A stretch of 64,000 nucleotides of DNA from Macrostomum lignano (GCA_002269645.1 NIVC01000029.1:1116001-1180000), one strand, 5' to 3'. Shown: positions 1 through 12,842, counted from the stretch's first letter. The notes: generated by a model not told the origin, from the letters alone. Numbers and translations are program-made.

Positions 1-639
1 TATGACTATCATTTTTTATAGTTAACCAGGCTGGTAGATATGTAAACCATTTGCAAACCTAAGCATAGATCAGGGGCTGGCAAACTCTGACCTGCGGGCC
101 ACATCTGGCCTGCAAAGCCTCTTTATCTGGTCCTTAAATCATTTGAGACTTCAAAATAGCAATCCAGCCTGTTCAAGGTTTGTGCTTCTCAGTTCTCCTC
201 TCCTCTCTCTTCTTTCGTCTCCACTTATCTTCTCTAATCTCCTGTCCTTTCCCCCCGGCCCTCCTCTCTTCTTCTCCTCTCCTCTCTCTTTCTCTCTCCT
301 CTCCTCTTCTCTTCTCTCTTCCTCTTTCCTCTCATCTCTCTTCTCTTCTCCTCTCTTCTCTTCTCCCCTCTTCTCTTCTATTTCGTCTCTGTTCTCTCGC
401 CTCTTTTTTCTCCTCTCTCCCTTCTCTGGCCCACAGTCATGTGCCAGGTTCTGTGTCTGGCCCTTGAGTAAAAAAGTTTGCCGACCCCTGGCATAGATGC
501 ATGCAAGAATAGAGGTACTTACACTTAGTATGCAATAACCCTCGAGGCATTTTTGCTGTATTTTAAAACAAAATAAGAGTGTTGTTGATCCATTTGACCT
601 GATCTGAATTTACTGTTATTAATTTAAAACACATTTCAG

Positions 640-3439
640 GTTGTAACATCCTGGACATTAGGCAAACCGGGTCAAAATGCAACTAGCGGATTCTGTGCTT
701 CAAAATCGCCTAATAAAAACTGGTCTGAGATGTACATAAATGTCACCGATGTCCTTGTTGGCTTTAGATTTTTTAGTCAGCAAGACGGACAGGTGTCATT
801 GGAGAATATCAGTTTGACAGTTAACATTGTCAATGGCAGTCATTTTATTAACCCAATGACCCCTGGTCCAGTGCGTTTTATTGCCAAGACAGGTTTGCCA
901 CTGTCGAGCAATACAGAATGCTTTGTCTGCAAGTCTGAGCTGGACTTGCCAGTTAAGCCTGAAAATGAAACTTTGAGCGACATTGCAGAGCTGAAATTAA
1001 CATCTGGAACTCTGATTCAGGTAAGATTTCTTGAATATGTGGTATTTATATTTTATTTTTTGTTTCTGTTCGTACTTCTAAAATAAGGAACTCTTTAAAA
1101 TTCCAATTCAAGGCATTTAATGTCACCAATGGCACATTTAGCAGCAAAGTGGCCAGATGCCCTGAAGACTCCAATGGTACTATTCCTACTTCTGTGGCAC
1201 CGTTCACTACCAGGTTTGTTTTGTTGCTTAACAATGCTTTGTAGTCACTGATTAGCTACCTCAGGGGGTATTTAACTGCTGACTAACATTGTGTAGTAGT
1301 CACTGATTAGCTACCTCAGGGGGTATTTAACTGCTGAATAACATTGTGTAGTAGTCACTGATTAGCTACCTCAGGGGGTATTTAACTGCTGAATAACATT
1401 GTGTAGTAGTCACTGATTAGCTACCTCAGGGGGTATTTAACTGCTGACTAACATTGTGTAGTAGTCACTGATTAGCTACCTTAGCTACCTATTTTACTGC
1501 TAAGCAAACATTTTACTCTGATAAGTTAATTCAAAGGGTGTTTAAATTTCATTTTATTCATTAATATCTGTCTGTATTTTAAAAAATCTTAAGCACAAAT
1601 CGCCAAATATGTACAAATGTTTATACAAATGTTTATACAGAAATGTCAATATGTTGGGCCTAATACTTTTGCAAAATGTTAAAGTTAAAACAAACGGACT
1701 AAAAAGTGAAAATTCTAGCAGTTTTGATGCGTCATTCTTGAACGCAGAGTTTAGATTTGCAACTGAAAATCTGTTGAAAGTGTTGAAATGAAAGCAAAGC
1801 TTAACGATGTACAGTAACTGTAGAAGATAGTTATCGAATTCACTTGGTGCTTCCAAGTGCTGCGTATGCCAAAGCGCCCGAGCTTACTTGTAGGATATGA
1901 GTTTTAAGGATGTGAAAATTTAATTTGCAGCGAAAAATTTATTCACTTTTATTTTGTTTGTTTAGAATGACCATTAACTGATGGTGTTAGTTATTAAATA
2001 ATAGCCGTGTTTGATTAGATTTGTCTTTAGTGTAGTAAGGTAAAAAAAACTTTTTCCTCAATAAGCTTGGAAAATAAGAAAATCCCTTTGAATCATCCAT
2101 CTCCCCCCCCCCCAAATTAGAGAATCCCCTTGAATCATCCATCTCCCCAAATTAGAGAATCCCCTTGAATCATCATCCATCTCCCCAAATTAGAGAATCC
2201 CCTTGAATCATCCATCTCCCCAAATTAGAGAATCCCATTGAATCATCATCCATCTCCCCAAATTAGAGAATCCTCTTGAATCATCCATCTCCCCAAATTA
2301 GAGAATCCCATTGAATCATCATCCATCTCCCCAAATTAGAGAATCCCCTTGAATCATCATCCATCTCCCCAACTTAGAGAATCCCCTTGAATCATCCATC
2401 TCCCCAAATTAGAGAATCCTCTTGAATCATCCATCTCCCCAAATTAGAGAATCCCCTTTGAGTCATCCATCTCCCCAAATTAGAGAACCCCCTTTGAGTC
2501 ATCCATCTCCACAAATTAGAAACCCCCTTTGAGTCATATATCTCCACAAATTAGAAACCCCCTTTAAGTCATCCATCTTCACAAATTAGAAATCCCCTTT
2601 GAGTCATATATCTCCCCAAATTAGAAATCCCCTTTGAGTCATATATCTCCCCAAATTAGAAATCTGATTGATTATGGAAACGTGAAGTCAAGTTTTCTAA
2701 AGGCATCAATTCGCCCCGTACACACAGCGCTCCGCCGTCACAGCCGCCTCTGCTAACGCTGACCGTGAACAGCGCTCTCACAGATCTACCTTGCATTCGT
2801 CTGCAGTCCAGACTGCAATTGCAAATACCCTACCTGCGACCTGGCATGGTTGCTATGGCAACAGTTTTCATACGCAAAGACGCCACAGTTACCGGAGATT
2901 GCGGCGACGACGTGAACAAAACTGCTCCGATAGAGCAGACAATGATGGTGAATTTTTTTAATGACTGGATTCTGACTTTCTTTTTCAAAAGGACGGCCAG
3001 CGATTACGGGCTAAGTGGACTCAGCTTAGTCTACAATGTTAATGATGCCGCTGTGTTCCCAGGTGCCACGGATGTTGGAAAAATTTTCCAAACCAATGTC
3101 AGTAGCGATTTAGTGCCTAGCAAAGTGCCTAGCAACGGTTACTATGATTGTCAGGTGGTGAATTTAACTCTGCCAGGACCAACAGTTCCTTACAGTTCGG
3201 ATAAAACGGTTATCGCTCTAACTGGCAAAGAGTTTATTGTGCAAGCCTTTCGTGACACTTCCAAGAATAGCACAGGATTTTTTACTGGCACTAAGAAGGA
3301 CTGCCTGTCGGATCAGGTGAACAATATTGTGCCTATCGTGGTTGGAGCGTCTCTGGCCGCTCTGGTAGTCATTGTGCTTGTCGCTTATTTGATTGGAAGA
3401 AGAAGGGCAGCTGCTCGAGACGGCTACCAGAGCGTGTGA
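640..3439 (+). CDS. LAMP: Lysosome-associated membrane glycoprotein (LAMP family), 5'-partial; exons 640-1020, 1113-1213, ~2728-3439
   Basis: Two luminal LAMP-like domains (..IQ/AFNVTNGTF..C.ED and CIRLQSRLQLQIPY..VQAF..C..D), a Pro/Thr hinge, many N-x-S/T sequons, a TM helix (IVPIVVGASLAALVVIVLVAYLI) and a C-terminal RRR..GYQSV lysosomal GYxxPhi motif. Splice phases are consistent; the last acceptor is approximate. The signal-peptide exon lies outside the window. Confidence 0.9.
1241..1490. repeat. 55-bp tandem repeat (~4.5 copies) in LAMP intron
   Basis: Unit gtagtcactgattagctacctcagggggtatttaactgctga(c/a)taacattgtgta, with starts at 55-bp spacing (1261, 1316, 1371). Confidence 0.95.
2089..2665. 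repeat. ~30-35-bp minisatellite in LAMP intron
   Basis: Repeated gaatcatccatctccccaaattagagaatcccctt with drift. Confidence 0.95.
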
Positions 3440-3959
3440 GACCGCTTTACAGTTATAAACGAAGCTCAGAACACCAATTTTAACAACCGAGAGTGCCGAT
3501 TGTGTGTCTTTTTTGAAAACTTATTTATTCCAGATTATTTTTTCCTAAGTAGTGGAATCGGAGCTATCGAAACCACTACCAATCGGAGGGGGTGTCTTTC
3601 TTTAACGTTAGACTAGAGTTGTCCTGGACACTAGCGGAGTCGTGGACAGAAGAACGTCACACTCTCAACTCTTGCAAATTTTCGATAGAGACCAGTTTTC
3701 GCTGGAAAATTTGAGACGAGACAGGAAATTGTCAATTCATTAAAATTTTCATTTTCATTTTTCTGGACTAAATTTCCAGATATCTTACTTCTGGACTTTC
3801 GTAACAAATAAAGCAGGTATTGTGCTCTATCAAGCTATTTTTTCCATTACATGCTACCAATGTAGCTGCTTAACTTTCCTTTCCTTGGGGGGGGGGGAGT
3901 TGTGGCCTCTGGAGCATATAGAGTTAACGAGAATAAACAGTTTCAAAATCCAGTCTAGG

Positions 3960-4255
3960 AGACAGGCCCAATCTTTCCCAGCCAATGAGAGAGCAGTAAG
4001 GAGAGAGGTGAAAGTCAGACGGACGAAACGCAGTCTGAAGGGGCAGGCCCAATCTTGCCCAGCCAATGAGAGAGCAGTAAGGAGAGAGGTGAAAGTCAGA
4101 CGGACGAAACGCAGTCTGAAGGGGCAGGCCCAATCTTGCCCAGCCAATGAGAGAGCAGTAAGGAGAGAGGTGAAAGTCAGACGGACGAAACACAGTCTGG
4201 GGGGGGCAGGCCCAATCTTGCCCAGCCAATGAGAGAGCACTAAGGAGATAGAGGT
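3960..4255. repeat. 81-bp tandem repeat (~3.6 copies) carrying CCAAT boxes
   Basis: caggcccaatc starts at 3963, 4044, 4125 and 4207; each unit contains cccaatc and agccaatgag. Confidence 0.95.
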
Positions 4256-5435
4256 CAAAAGTCAGGCACAAGCAGGCAAAAGGAAAGCGAACTTGTTTAT
4301 CGGCCTGGCTGGAAGCTGAGGCGCCATTCCTTTTTTCTCTTGCTGGCTATGCAGTATGCACACGCACTGGATTTGCCTTATCTCTTTAGTGTAATTTTCC
4401 TAGAAAAACTGAAAAATATGTTTAGAAATCACCCATAAACTCGTAAGTCCAGATGGCCAGTCATTGTTAATTCAGGGCTTAAAAATATGAAAAATTCCTT
4501 CAATGAATTTTGCAGGGAAACCGGCCTTGTAAAAAATTGGTCAATTTTTTTAATTTTTTAAAATTTTCTCAATCGTAATAATAAATCGGTCATAATACTG
4601 TACTCAAATCATTATCCGCTATTAATTGCTTGTTGAATAAATTTCTGCTAATGTTTTCGTAAGGAATGAACCAACTTTTTTTAGGTGATGCGTATGGAAT
4701 GCTTACCATTTACATTTTTTTCAGTTAAAATCTAAATTATTCAATGCATGCCTAAATTATTCTACTTTTAGTAGCTAAGAACCCTTCAGTCAATAGAATA
4801 TTTTGCCAAAAACATTTCTGGTCACTTGATAATGAGTATTTTGTTTTCACATTTTTGCGGATTAGGTAGTGATGATTGAATCTCGCCGAGTGTTAATAAC
4901 AATTTTTTGCCAATATTTAGTACAATAGTGTGTATTTATTTTTTCATCGCTTATGAAAATCTCTTATTTTTGTATCCCAGTTAAATCTCGTTTAATCTGT
5001 TAACACAATGTACTTTATGTAGAAATCGGCTGCGTTAATTATTTTTGAAGTTTTCAAAGAAACCTAAAATTTCTACAGAATTTTTTTCTAAATTTGCAGT
5101 AGTTACTCGCAATAATGATATAAATTGTGCAATAAACTGTCTTTATTTTCAATATACAGACTTTTTGATTTTGCCTACTGCCTATAATTCAAAATTTCTG
5201 TTCTGCTTGTTTTGAGTTTGTTGTTCTTTTTAAGCACTATTAAGCACTCTTTCCATGTGGGTGTCTCACTCATTCTCATCAGAGTGTCTCACTCATTCTC
5301 ATCAGAGTGTCTCACTCATTCTCATTATTGTCTCACTTATTCTCATCAGTGTCTCACTCATTGTCATCCGTGTCTCATTCTCAAACAAGCACTTCATTAA
5401 ATATAAGAGTTCGCTTTACCACACTAGAGAGAGAG

Positions 5436-6324
5436 AAATCAATGTATTCCTCGAGTGCAGAAATCAATGTATTCCTCGAGTGCAGAAATCAATGTATTCC
5501 TCGAGTGCAGAAATCAATGTATTCCTCGAGTGCAGAAATCAATGTATTCCTCGAGTGCCGAAATCAATATATTCCTCGAGTGCCGAAATCAATATATTCC
5601 TCGAGTGCCGAAATCAATGTATTCCTCGAGTGCCGAAATCAATATATTCCTCGAGTGCCGAAATCAATATATTCCTCGAGTGCCGAAATCAATATATTCC
5701 TCGAGTGCAGAAATCAATGTATTCCTCGAGTGCCGAAATCAATATATTCCTCGAGTGCCGAAATCAATATATTCCTCGAGTGCCGAAATCAATGTATTCC
5801 TCGAGTGCCGAAATCAATATATTCCTCGAGTGCCGAAATCAATGTATTCCTCGAGTGCAGAAATCAATGTATTCCTCGAGTGCCGAAATCAATGTATTCC
5901 TCGAGTGCCGAAATCAATGTATTCCTCGAGTGCCGAAATCAATGTATTCCTCGAGTGCAGAAATCAATGTATTCCTCGAGTGCCGAAATCAATGTATTCC
6001 TCGAGTGCCGAAATCAATGTATTCCTCGAGTGCAGAAATCAATGTATTCCTCGAGTGCATGCAGAAATCAATGTATTCCTCGAGTGCCGAAATCAATATA
6101 TTCCTCGAGTGCAGAAATCAATGTATTCCTCGAGTGCCGAAATCAATATATTCCTCGAGTGCCGAAATCAATGTATTCCTCGAGTGCCGAAATCAATGTA
6201 TTCCTCGAGTGCAGAAATCAATGTATTCCTCGAGTGCAGAAATCAATGTATTCCTCGAGTGCCGAAATCAATATATTCCTCGAGTGCAGAAATCAATGTA
6301 TTCCTCGAGTGCCGAAATCAATAT
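5436..6324. repeat. 25-bp minisatellite (~35 copies) with XhoI palindrome
   Basis: Unit aaatcaat(g/a)tattcctcgagtgc(a/c)g; no unique spacers. Confidence 0.97.
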
Positions 6325-8078
6325 CAAAGATGCGCCACAATAACAAAATCAACTTCTACAACAACACGAGGTCCTCCAAAAAGGGCGTCTTCTTCTAGAA
6401 CTAACGGAATCGGAGTCGTGTGCTCCTATCGGTTAATGTAGGATAATCCAAAATCAATCACTCAATAATTTTCTAAGGGTATCGGAATCGGTCCGCAGAT
6501 CCTATCCAATCCCTTAGGAAAATGGGGGACCTCAAATTCAATGAACTCAGGTTAATCAACTGATCAGTAACGGCGGGCAATAAATCGCTCTCACTAAATC
6601 CAAAATCTAAATCCAATTTCTCTGGAGTTATGAGCTCTGCCCTCGCCCGGTCCATCTTGCCCTGTCCTCGGGTCCATCTCCTGGCTCCTGCTGGTCCCTG
6701 CTTGCGTGTCTCTGGCTCTCATCCTGACAGTGGATTGGTGTCCTGGGAAGGATGTTCGTCCCGAACCGGGGACAACCGGCTGAGTCCGGAGTCCTCTTGC
6801 CCTGGGTGCCTCTTCTCCCGACCCCTTGGCCTGGCCCCCAATAATGAGCTGGATAGGCGATGCCCTTGGGTTGGCAGCAATAGAGGTGGACCCCCCCCCC
6901 TCCTGGAGTCTCCCCCTCGGATACAAGCCTTCCAGACTCACTCCAAAATAGAGCTGGGTAGTGAAAAGCCTTGAGGCTCGAGACCTACAGTTGTCGGATT
7001 CTGTATAGGATCGCTCTTGGTAATTAGCTGCCCAGACTCGCTCCAATAGTTTAAGCCATTTCCAAGGTTTAGGAGTAGTTCCTCACTTGGACCGCTTTCA
7101 GTAGTATCCCAAACTTTTCGTTTTCAAATTTTTCTGCGCACACCCAAAAGACTTGCTGGCTGGGGGGATGGTCTGGGTGGATTCGGTCCTAGCACCGTCC
7201 CTGATTCCACTGTTGGTTTGGCGGTGTCTTGTACCATAGGCTTGAAGTCCCTCGCCCTTTCCCTAGCTCTAAGCTGGGGCCCAACTAAATTGGTGTTCGG
7301 GTATCTCGGGTACACAGTCTTATCTGTGCCCTTGGCAGTGCCCTCTGCGGCAGAGCCCCTCCCAGGGCTGATCCGCGGGTAGCAAAGCTTCCCACCCCCG
7401 TTTAACAACAACAAATCCAAATAACAAAGGCTCGAGGCTCACCAATTGGTTTACTTCTCCCTCAGAGATGTAGCCTCGCTTAGCTGCTCCAGCAAGCTTT
7501 AAGATCTTTGGAGGCTGCTCCGAGTCTGAGATTTTTAGCTCGGATTTTGGCTTGCGTTTATAGTAAATTTTTGGGCTAAACAGGATATTTTGGGAAGGTG
7601 ACTCATTTGCTTTTTGGAATTTTGACCTCTCAAAAACTGAATAGAATACAATATGTTTTGCGTATCACTACCATATTTGGAATTCTATTTTTAGATGTTA
7701 CATAAGATGATCACTCGTTGTTTTCGTGGTCTTCTAAAAATAGAGTATGACCACTTGGTGTTTTTAGATTCTAAGTTTTCACATTTTTACGTTACTACTT
7801 ATAGTAGTTTACTTGCACCGTATTTGGAGATCTCTACAAATATTTCTATACTACAATCGGTTAAGGAAATCGTGCAATTAAAAAAAGAAATTTAATAAAC
7901 AAAAAGATATATCTCTGCGCAAATATCAATCATAGATTGACTTGCAACGATTTCTGTCAACTAACTCGGAGTAATTTTATCAACGATTAGTCATGAAAAT
8001 GGTTAACTTAAATGCAGCTGTCAATTTTTTATGAAAATATTATCACAGTTTTACGCAGTCTCTATACATAATGGCGTG

Positions 8079-8086
8079 TATAAATA
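8079..8086 (+). promoter_or_regulatory. TATA box of the orphan secreted-protein gene
   Basis: TATAAATA about 95 bp upstream of ATG 8174. Confidence 0.55.
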
Positions 8087-8173
8087 GGACAGCAATCTGC
8101 AAGATTTGGGGATTAACTACGTGTAGGTTCCAATTTTGACTTGACTACCCAATCGCTCGACAGCATATCCGAT

Positions 8174-8583
8174 ATGGGGTCTCTATTCGAACTCGGCATT
8201 TTAATTGCTGCTGCATTTCTTGTCTGCGGCACTGCGGTGTTGGCCCAGCCACTGGCCACGGATGCCCACGAGAAGTGGGCGGAACCCGCCAATGCAGAGC
8301 TGGCCAGCTTAGCCCCGCTATTTGGACCTCACAATTCGGTCAATGCCTTCGACCTGATTGAAATCTACAATGGCTGGGCTAGCGGCGTGGATCATCTGCC
8401 GTACACTGAGAATCCGGATGCTCAGACGGTCTACAGGATGATCATGTTTCAGCTCGCACGGCTGTTCAAAGTCTTCCATGTTGACCTGGTTAGCATTAAT
8501 ATTAGGCGGAACTTGGAGCACAAAATCTGCTTCGGTGAGTTGCATAATCCCACCACTCCCTGCAGTACTCTGCTGCATTTGCT

Positions 8584-8639
<56 letters not shown>

Positions 8640-8665
8640 GCAGACAGACAGACAGACAAACAGGC

Positions 8666-8722
<57 letters not shown>

Positions 8723-8725
8723 GGC

Positions 8726-8785
<60 letters not shown>

Positions 8786-8960
8786 GACAGACAGACGAGG
8801 AATTCGGATCCAATCTCACACAAAACGCAGTGCAGCATATTAATTAATGGCCTTTTAACTCGCGATTTTGTCAAAAATTTCAGGCGGTTCCGCTCAGGAA
8901 CCGCATGACGTGCGCTATCACGTGAGCCGCTCTGTGCACGAAGATTGCCAGCTGAAATGA
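8174..8960 (+). CDS. Orphan secreted protein, 145 aa; exons 8174-8534 and 8884-8960
   Basis: The ATG is followed by a signal-peptide-like stretch (MGSLFELGILIAAAFLVCGTAVLA). The donor TCG|GTGAGT and acceptor TTTCAG|GC are phase-compatible and give ..HKICFGGSAQEPHDVRYHVSRSVHEDCQLK*. There is a TATA box upstream and AATAAA near 9103. Confidence 0.7.
8586..8796. repeat. (GACA)n microsatellite
   Basis: Directly visible; fills the intron of the secreted-protein gene. Confidence 0.98.
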
Positions 8961-9839
8961 TTGAATTCGATCTGATTCCCCAAGTTGACGTCTAACACTA
9001 AGACATTTTTTATTTAAACATTTATATTCACTATTTTATCGGTCCAATTACAAGCTAGTGGAGTTTCGAACTGTTCGATACTTTTTTTTAATTATTTATT
9101 CAAATAAAAAATAAACCAACAAAAAAGATATATTTATTCGTTTCTGTCGTGAAAGATCCTAAAAATTTTCATTGTTTTGATCCATTCAAACCATTCCATA
9201 AATCTTGATCCATTGTGGTATTTTCTTGTTAATTTACAAGTCTTTACACATGCATTATAATTTATATAGACGATATGGTACACGAAACTTATTCAAATTC
9301 GTTCCAATTTGTTGTCGTCGTCATTGGCAACGCAAGTACAGCCAGTCTTACTCGCATGGGCCGCACTGTACAAGGTACCGTCTGCACATGGGAGCGAGAG
9401 CTGAGAGAGGCGGTGGATTCTAAGGGAAGAGATTATAATAGACGCACATGCAACCTGGTACTCAAAGGACACAGATGAGAATCACATTGCATACACGAGG
9501 TACACTTAAATGAAGCCATTCTGCATCTTGCCTGTACAATTTTGTCGCTTATTGTATCTAAAGCCTGCAGAGAGAAGAGAGGACAACTTAACAAATCAAG
9601 CTGAACTTGTAAGAAGCTGTACAGGGTGATTCTTGCATGAATTTTGGACTGTTTCATTGAAGAAATTACAAAGTTTACATGCGTCCTCATGGCCAATGAG
9701 TGGGGCATGACGAAACAACAAGAGTAGGTCAGTATACTAACTGCATGGATTGATCTAGATTTATGTGTACGAGTATGTTACTGAGGTGATATTGTCAGGC
9801 AAAGCATTATGCTGTATCTTCACTCAACCTGTGTTCTTC

Positions 9840-10495
9840 AGTGTCTTTTCCTTCTACCCCTTGTGTGTCCTTTGCAGTTTCCTCTGCTTACCCCTTGTTT
9901 GTCCTTCGGTATGTCTCCTTCTACCCATTGTGTGTCCTTTGCAGTTTCCTCTGCTTACCCCTTGTTTGTCCTTCGGTATCGTCTCCTTCTACCCCTTGTG
10001 TGTCCTTTGCAGTGTCCTCTGCTTACCCCTTGTGTGTCATTCGGTGTCATCTCCTTCTACCCCTTGTGTGTCCTTTGCAGTGTCCTCTGCTTACCCCTTG
10101 TGTGTCCTTCGGTGTCTTCTTCTTCTACCCCTTGTGTGTCCTTTGCAGTGTCCTCTGCTTACCCCTTGTGTGTCCTTCGGTGTCCTCTCCTTCTACCCCT
10201 TGTGTGTCCTTTGCAGTGTCCTCTGCTTACACCTTGTGTGTCCTTCAGTGTCCTCTCCTTCTACCCCTTGTGTGTCCTTTGCAGTGTCCTCTGCTTACCC
10301 CTTGTGTGTCCTTCGGTGTCCTCTCCTTCTGTCCCCATTCTTTAGTATCCTCTCCTTACCTGGTGTGCCCTTCAGTGTCCTCTCCTCACCCTCTGTGTCC
10401 TTCAGTGTCCTCTTCTTACCCCTTGTGCATCCTTAAGTGTCCTCTGCTTACCCCACATGTGTGTCCCTCGGTGTCCTCTCCTTACCCTCTGCGTT
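9840..10495. repeat. ~67-bp dimeric minisatellite (two ~33-bp subunits)
   Basis: Alternating tcctctgcttaccccttgtgtgtccttcggtg and tcctctccttctaccccttgtgtgtcctttgcagtg. Confidence 0.93.
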
Positions 10496-11164
10496 CTTTA
10501 GCGTCTTAGTCACACCCGCAGAGCTGAAGCCTCGCCTCTAAAGAACACGTGTGCTACTCTTCAGAAGACGAACGCTTATAAAACTCTACTATGTGAATAC
10601 GTGCACATGTACTTTTTATTCAGACAGCCACATCCATGAGCAACCTGGCTCTGATGGGCGACGTCCAAAGGCTCAGATAACTGGCCAACAGGCAGAACGC
10701 TAACTGGCGCGACCGGTGGGGCCAGACCCCGCTGCTGCGGGCTGCCTGGGCTGGCGAGTTCGTGCCCAACCAGGGCCACGCCGACTGCGCCAGCCTGCTG
10801 CTCAAGCTCGGCGCCGACGCCAACGTCAAAGACCCCGACAGAGTGTCGGCGTTGCACTGGTCGGCCGAGTCCGACAACCTGCCGGTGCTGAAGCTGCTGG
10901 CTGACGCCGGGGCCCGGCTGGACGCCACCGACAAGCGCGGACTGACGCCGCTGATGTTGGCGAGCTGGCGGGGACACCTGCGGTCGGCCAGGGAGCTGCT
11001 GCGGCTCGGCTGCGACCCCAGCGTCGAGAACAAGTACGGTGACACGGCGGCATCGCTGGCTGAGATGTACGAGCACGGCGATGTTGTCCGACTGCTGGCT
11101 GACTGGTGAGCAGGCTGCATATGGAGATGAGGGAGGGAGACCGGAGGTGACATGGGTGGAGGAG

Positions 11165-11535
11165 AAGAGAGGGGAGACAAGAGAGGGGAGACAAGAGAGG
11201 GGAGACAAGAGAGGGGAGACAAGAGAGGGGAGACAAGAGAGGGGAGACAAGAGAGGGGAGACAAGAGAGGGGAGACAAGAGAGGGGAGACAAGAGAGGGG
11301 AGACAAGAGAGGGGAGACAAGAGAGGGGAGACAAGAGAGGGGAGACAAGAGAGGGGAGACAAGAGAGGGGAGACAAGAGAGGGGAGACAAGAGAGGGGAG
11401 ACAAGAGAGGGGAGACAAGAGAGGGGAGACAAGAGAGGGGAGACAAGAGAGGGGAGACAAGAGAGGGGAGACAAGAGAGGGGAGACAAGAGAGGGGAGAC
11501 AAGAGAGGGGAGACAAGAGAGCGGAGACAAGAGAG
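11165..11535. repeat. 14-bp purine-rich tandem repeat (gagaggggagacaa)n
   Basis: About 25 near-perfect copies just after the ANK exon donor. Confidence 0.97.
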
Positions 11536-11760
11536 CGCAGGGTGTACAGTGCACTGGCCCTGATCTGCAGGCATGGGTTTGCGGATCAATTGTAGTCGTC
11601 TAATTTTCTAATCATCAGGCATGTACACTCTCTGTGCTTTGGGCACTGGACCTCATGGCTGTGAATTCCACGACAACCCCCTGACCAATTTCCATGCACA
11701 CGAGCCCCAAATAAATTTGGCCGCGCAGGGAATCGAACCAGGGTTCGCATGGCGCAAAAA
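11530..11760 (-). mobile_element. tRNA-headed SINE-like element (copy A of a dispersed family)
   Basis: The minus strand has an exact Pol III B-box GGTTCGATTCC (11729-11739) in a tRNA 3'-half-like context. It is followed by the GAGTGTACATGCCTGATGATTAGAAA..CTGTACACCCTG core shared with other copies in the window. Confidence 0.6.
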
Positions 11761-12319
11761 CGATCCCCAAAACTTAGGGATGTTTTATAGACAAAAGGCT
11801 TTAACTCAAGAACAATAATCTTTCAGACAATAGTCTCTGAACTCGAAAATCTTCAGGTCAAAGAACTCCCACGGAGCCTCCGCAAAATTCAAAGCGCCAG
11901 TACAGATGGATGGCGATGACGAGTGAGTCCGCTTCTAGAGATGTCTGAGCAAATCTAGCTGATTCGAAACTCATTTAGATCGCTCGACACTCAGTGTTCA
12001 GAAAAATTGATTTAAATGTACTTTTACAGCGTTCACTTTCTGGAGCAGATGAAGATGGACGTGTTCCTGCCGCAGCAGTCTGATCAAGCAAGATCACTGA
12101 ATCCTATTGGGTATGATTATAGATGATGGTTCTGTTTGTGAAGGTAAAATATTTATTTCATAAGCATTTCAATTTAATCATTCTCGTCTATTTTTGTTCT
12201 TTGCAGATTTGGGCGTCTTTCTCCATCGCCAGTGCACAGTCACTCAGATTTTGGGTAAGTTTTCCTGAGATTTATCTCTTTAAGATTTCAACAGCCAACC
12301 CACATATCTAGGTGCCCAC

Positions 12320-12515
12320 TCAACCCTGAGATACTGCTCTCAACCCTGAGATACTGCTCTCAACCCTGAGACACTCTAAAAACTGAGACACTGCTCTTAA
12401 CACTAAGACACTGCTCTTAACACTAAGACACTGCTCTTAACACTAAGACACTGCTCTTAACACTAAGACACTGCTCTTAACACTGAGACACTGCTCTTAA
12501 CACTAAGACACTGCC
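12320..12515. repeat. ~22-bp tandem repeat (cactaagacactgctcttaa-like)
   Basis: About 9 copies ending at the acceptor of the caspase exon at 12528. Confidence 0.93.
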
Positions 12516-12842
12516 CTCCACCGACAGAGGTCATTCAAGCAACGTGTACCCAGTAACAGAGCCTCAAGGCCACTGCGTTGTGGTCAATATCGAGAACTAC
12601 GATCCGGAGTCCAACTTCAGTCGTCGCGAAGGCTCAAACCTGGACGTGCGTCGAGTTAAAACTTTGTTTAAATCGCTCGGCTTCAAGGTGTGGATAATAA
12701 AGGATGTGACAGGTACATAATTTTACTTGTGTCATTCTTTATTGATTCAATTAAGTAAAACATATGCTCGTATCAAGGGGACAAATTGGCTCGGTAGTAA
12801 CGTCCTTAAGACTGTTCGTCCAGTTTGTTCGTTCAAACTTGT

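Noticed and set aside
2849-2862. Perfect RFX X-box GTTGCTATGGCAAC
   Set aside because: It lies inside the LAMP coding exon (Val-Ala-Met-Ala-Thr codons) and is probably coincidental.
5255-6441. Long ORFs in all three frames and a CRISPR-like regular 25-bp repeat with a palindrome
   Set aside because: It is a head-to-tail minisatellite with no unique spacers and no cas genes. The ORFs arise from a stop-free repeat unit.
8141-8908. 255-aa ORF as a single-exon gene
   Set aside because: It reads through a strong donor (8535) into (GACA)n. The spliced 145-aa model is more plausible.
10576-11589. Minus-strand ORFs over the ANK exons (also 16678-17701) and antisense ORFs over the caspase, NOL4 and P450 exons
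   Set aside because: They are shadow frames of GC-rich coding exons plus repeats.
11700-11760. Functional tRNA gene
   Set aside because: Only the B-box and a 3'-half-like sequence are recognisable. The T-stem is mispaired and there is no A-box or cloverleaf, so I treat it as a SINE head.
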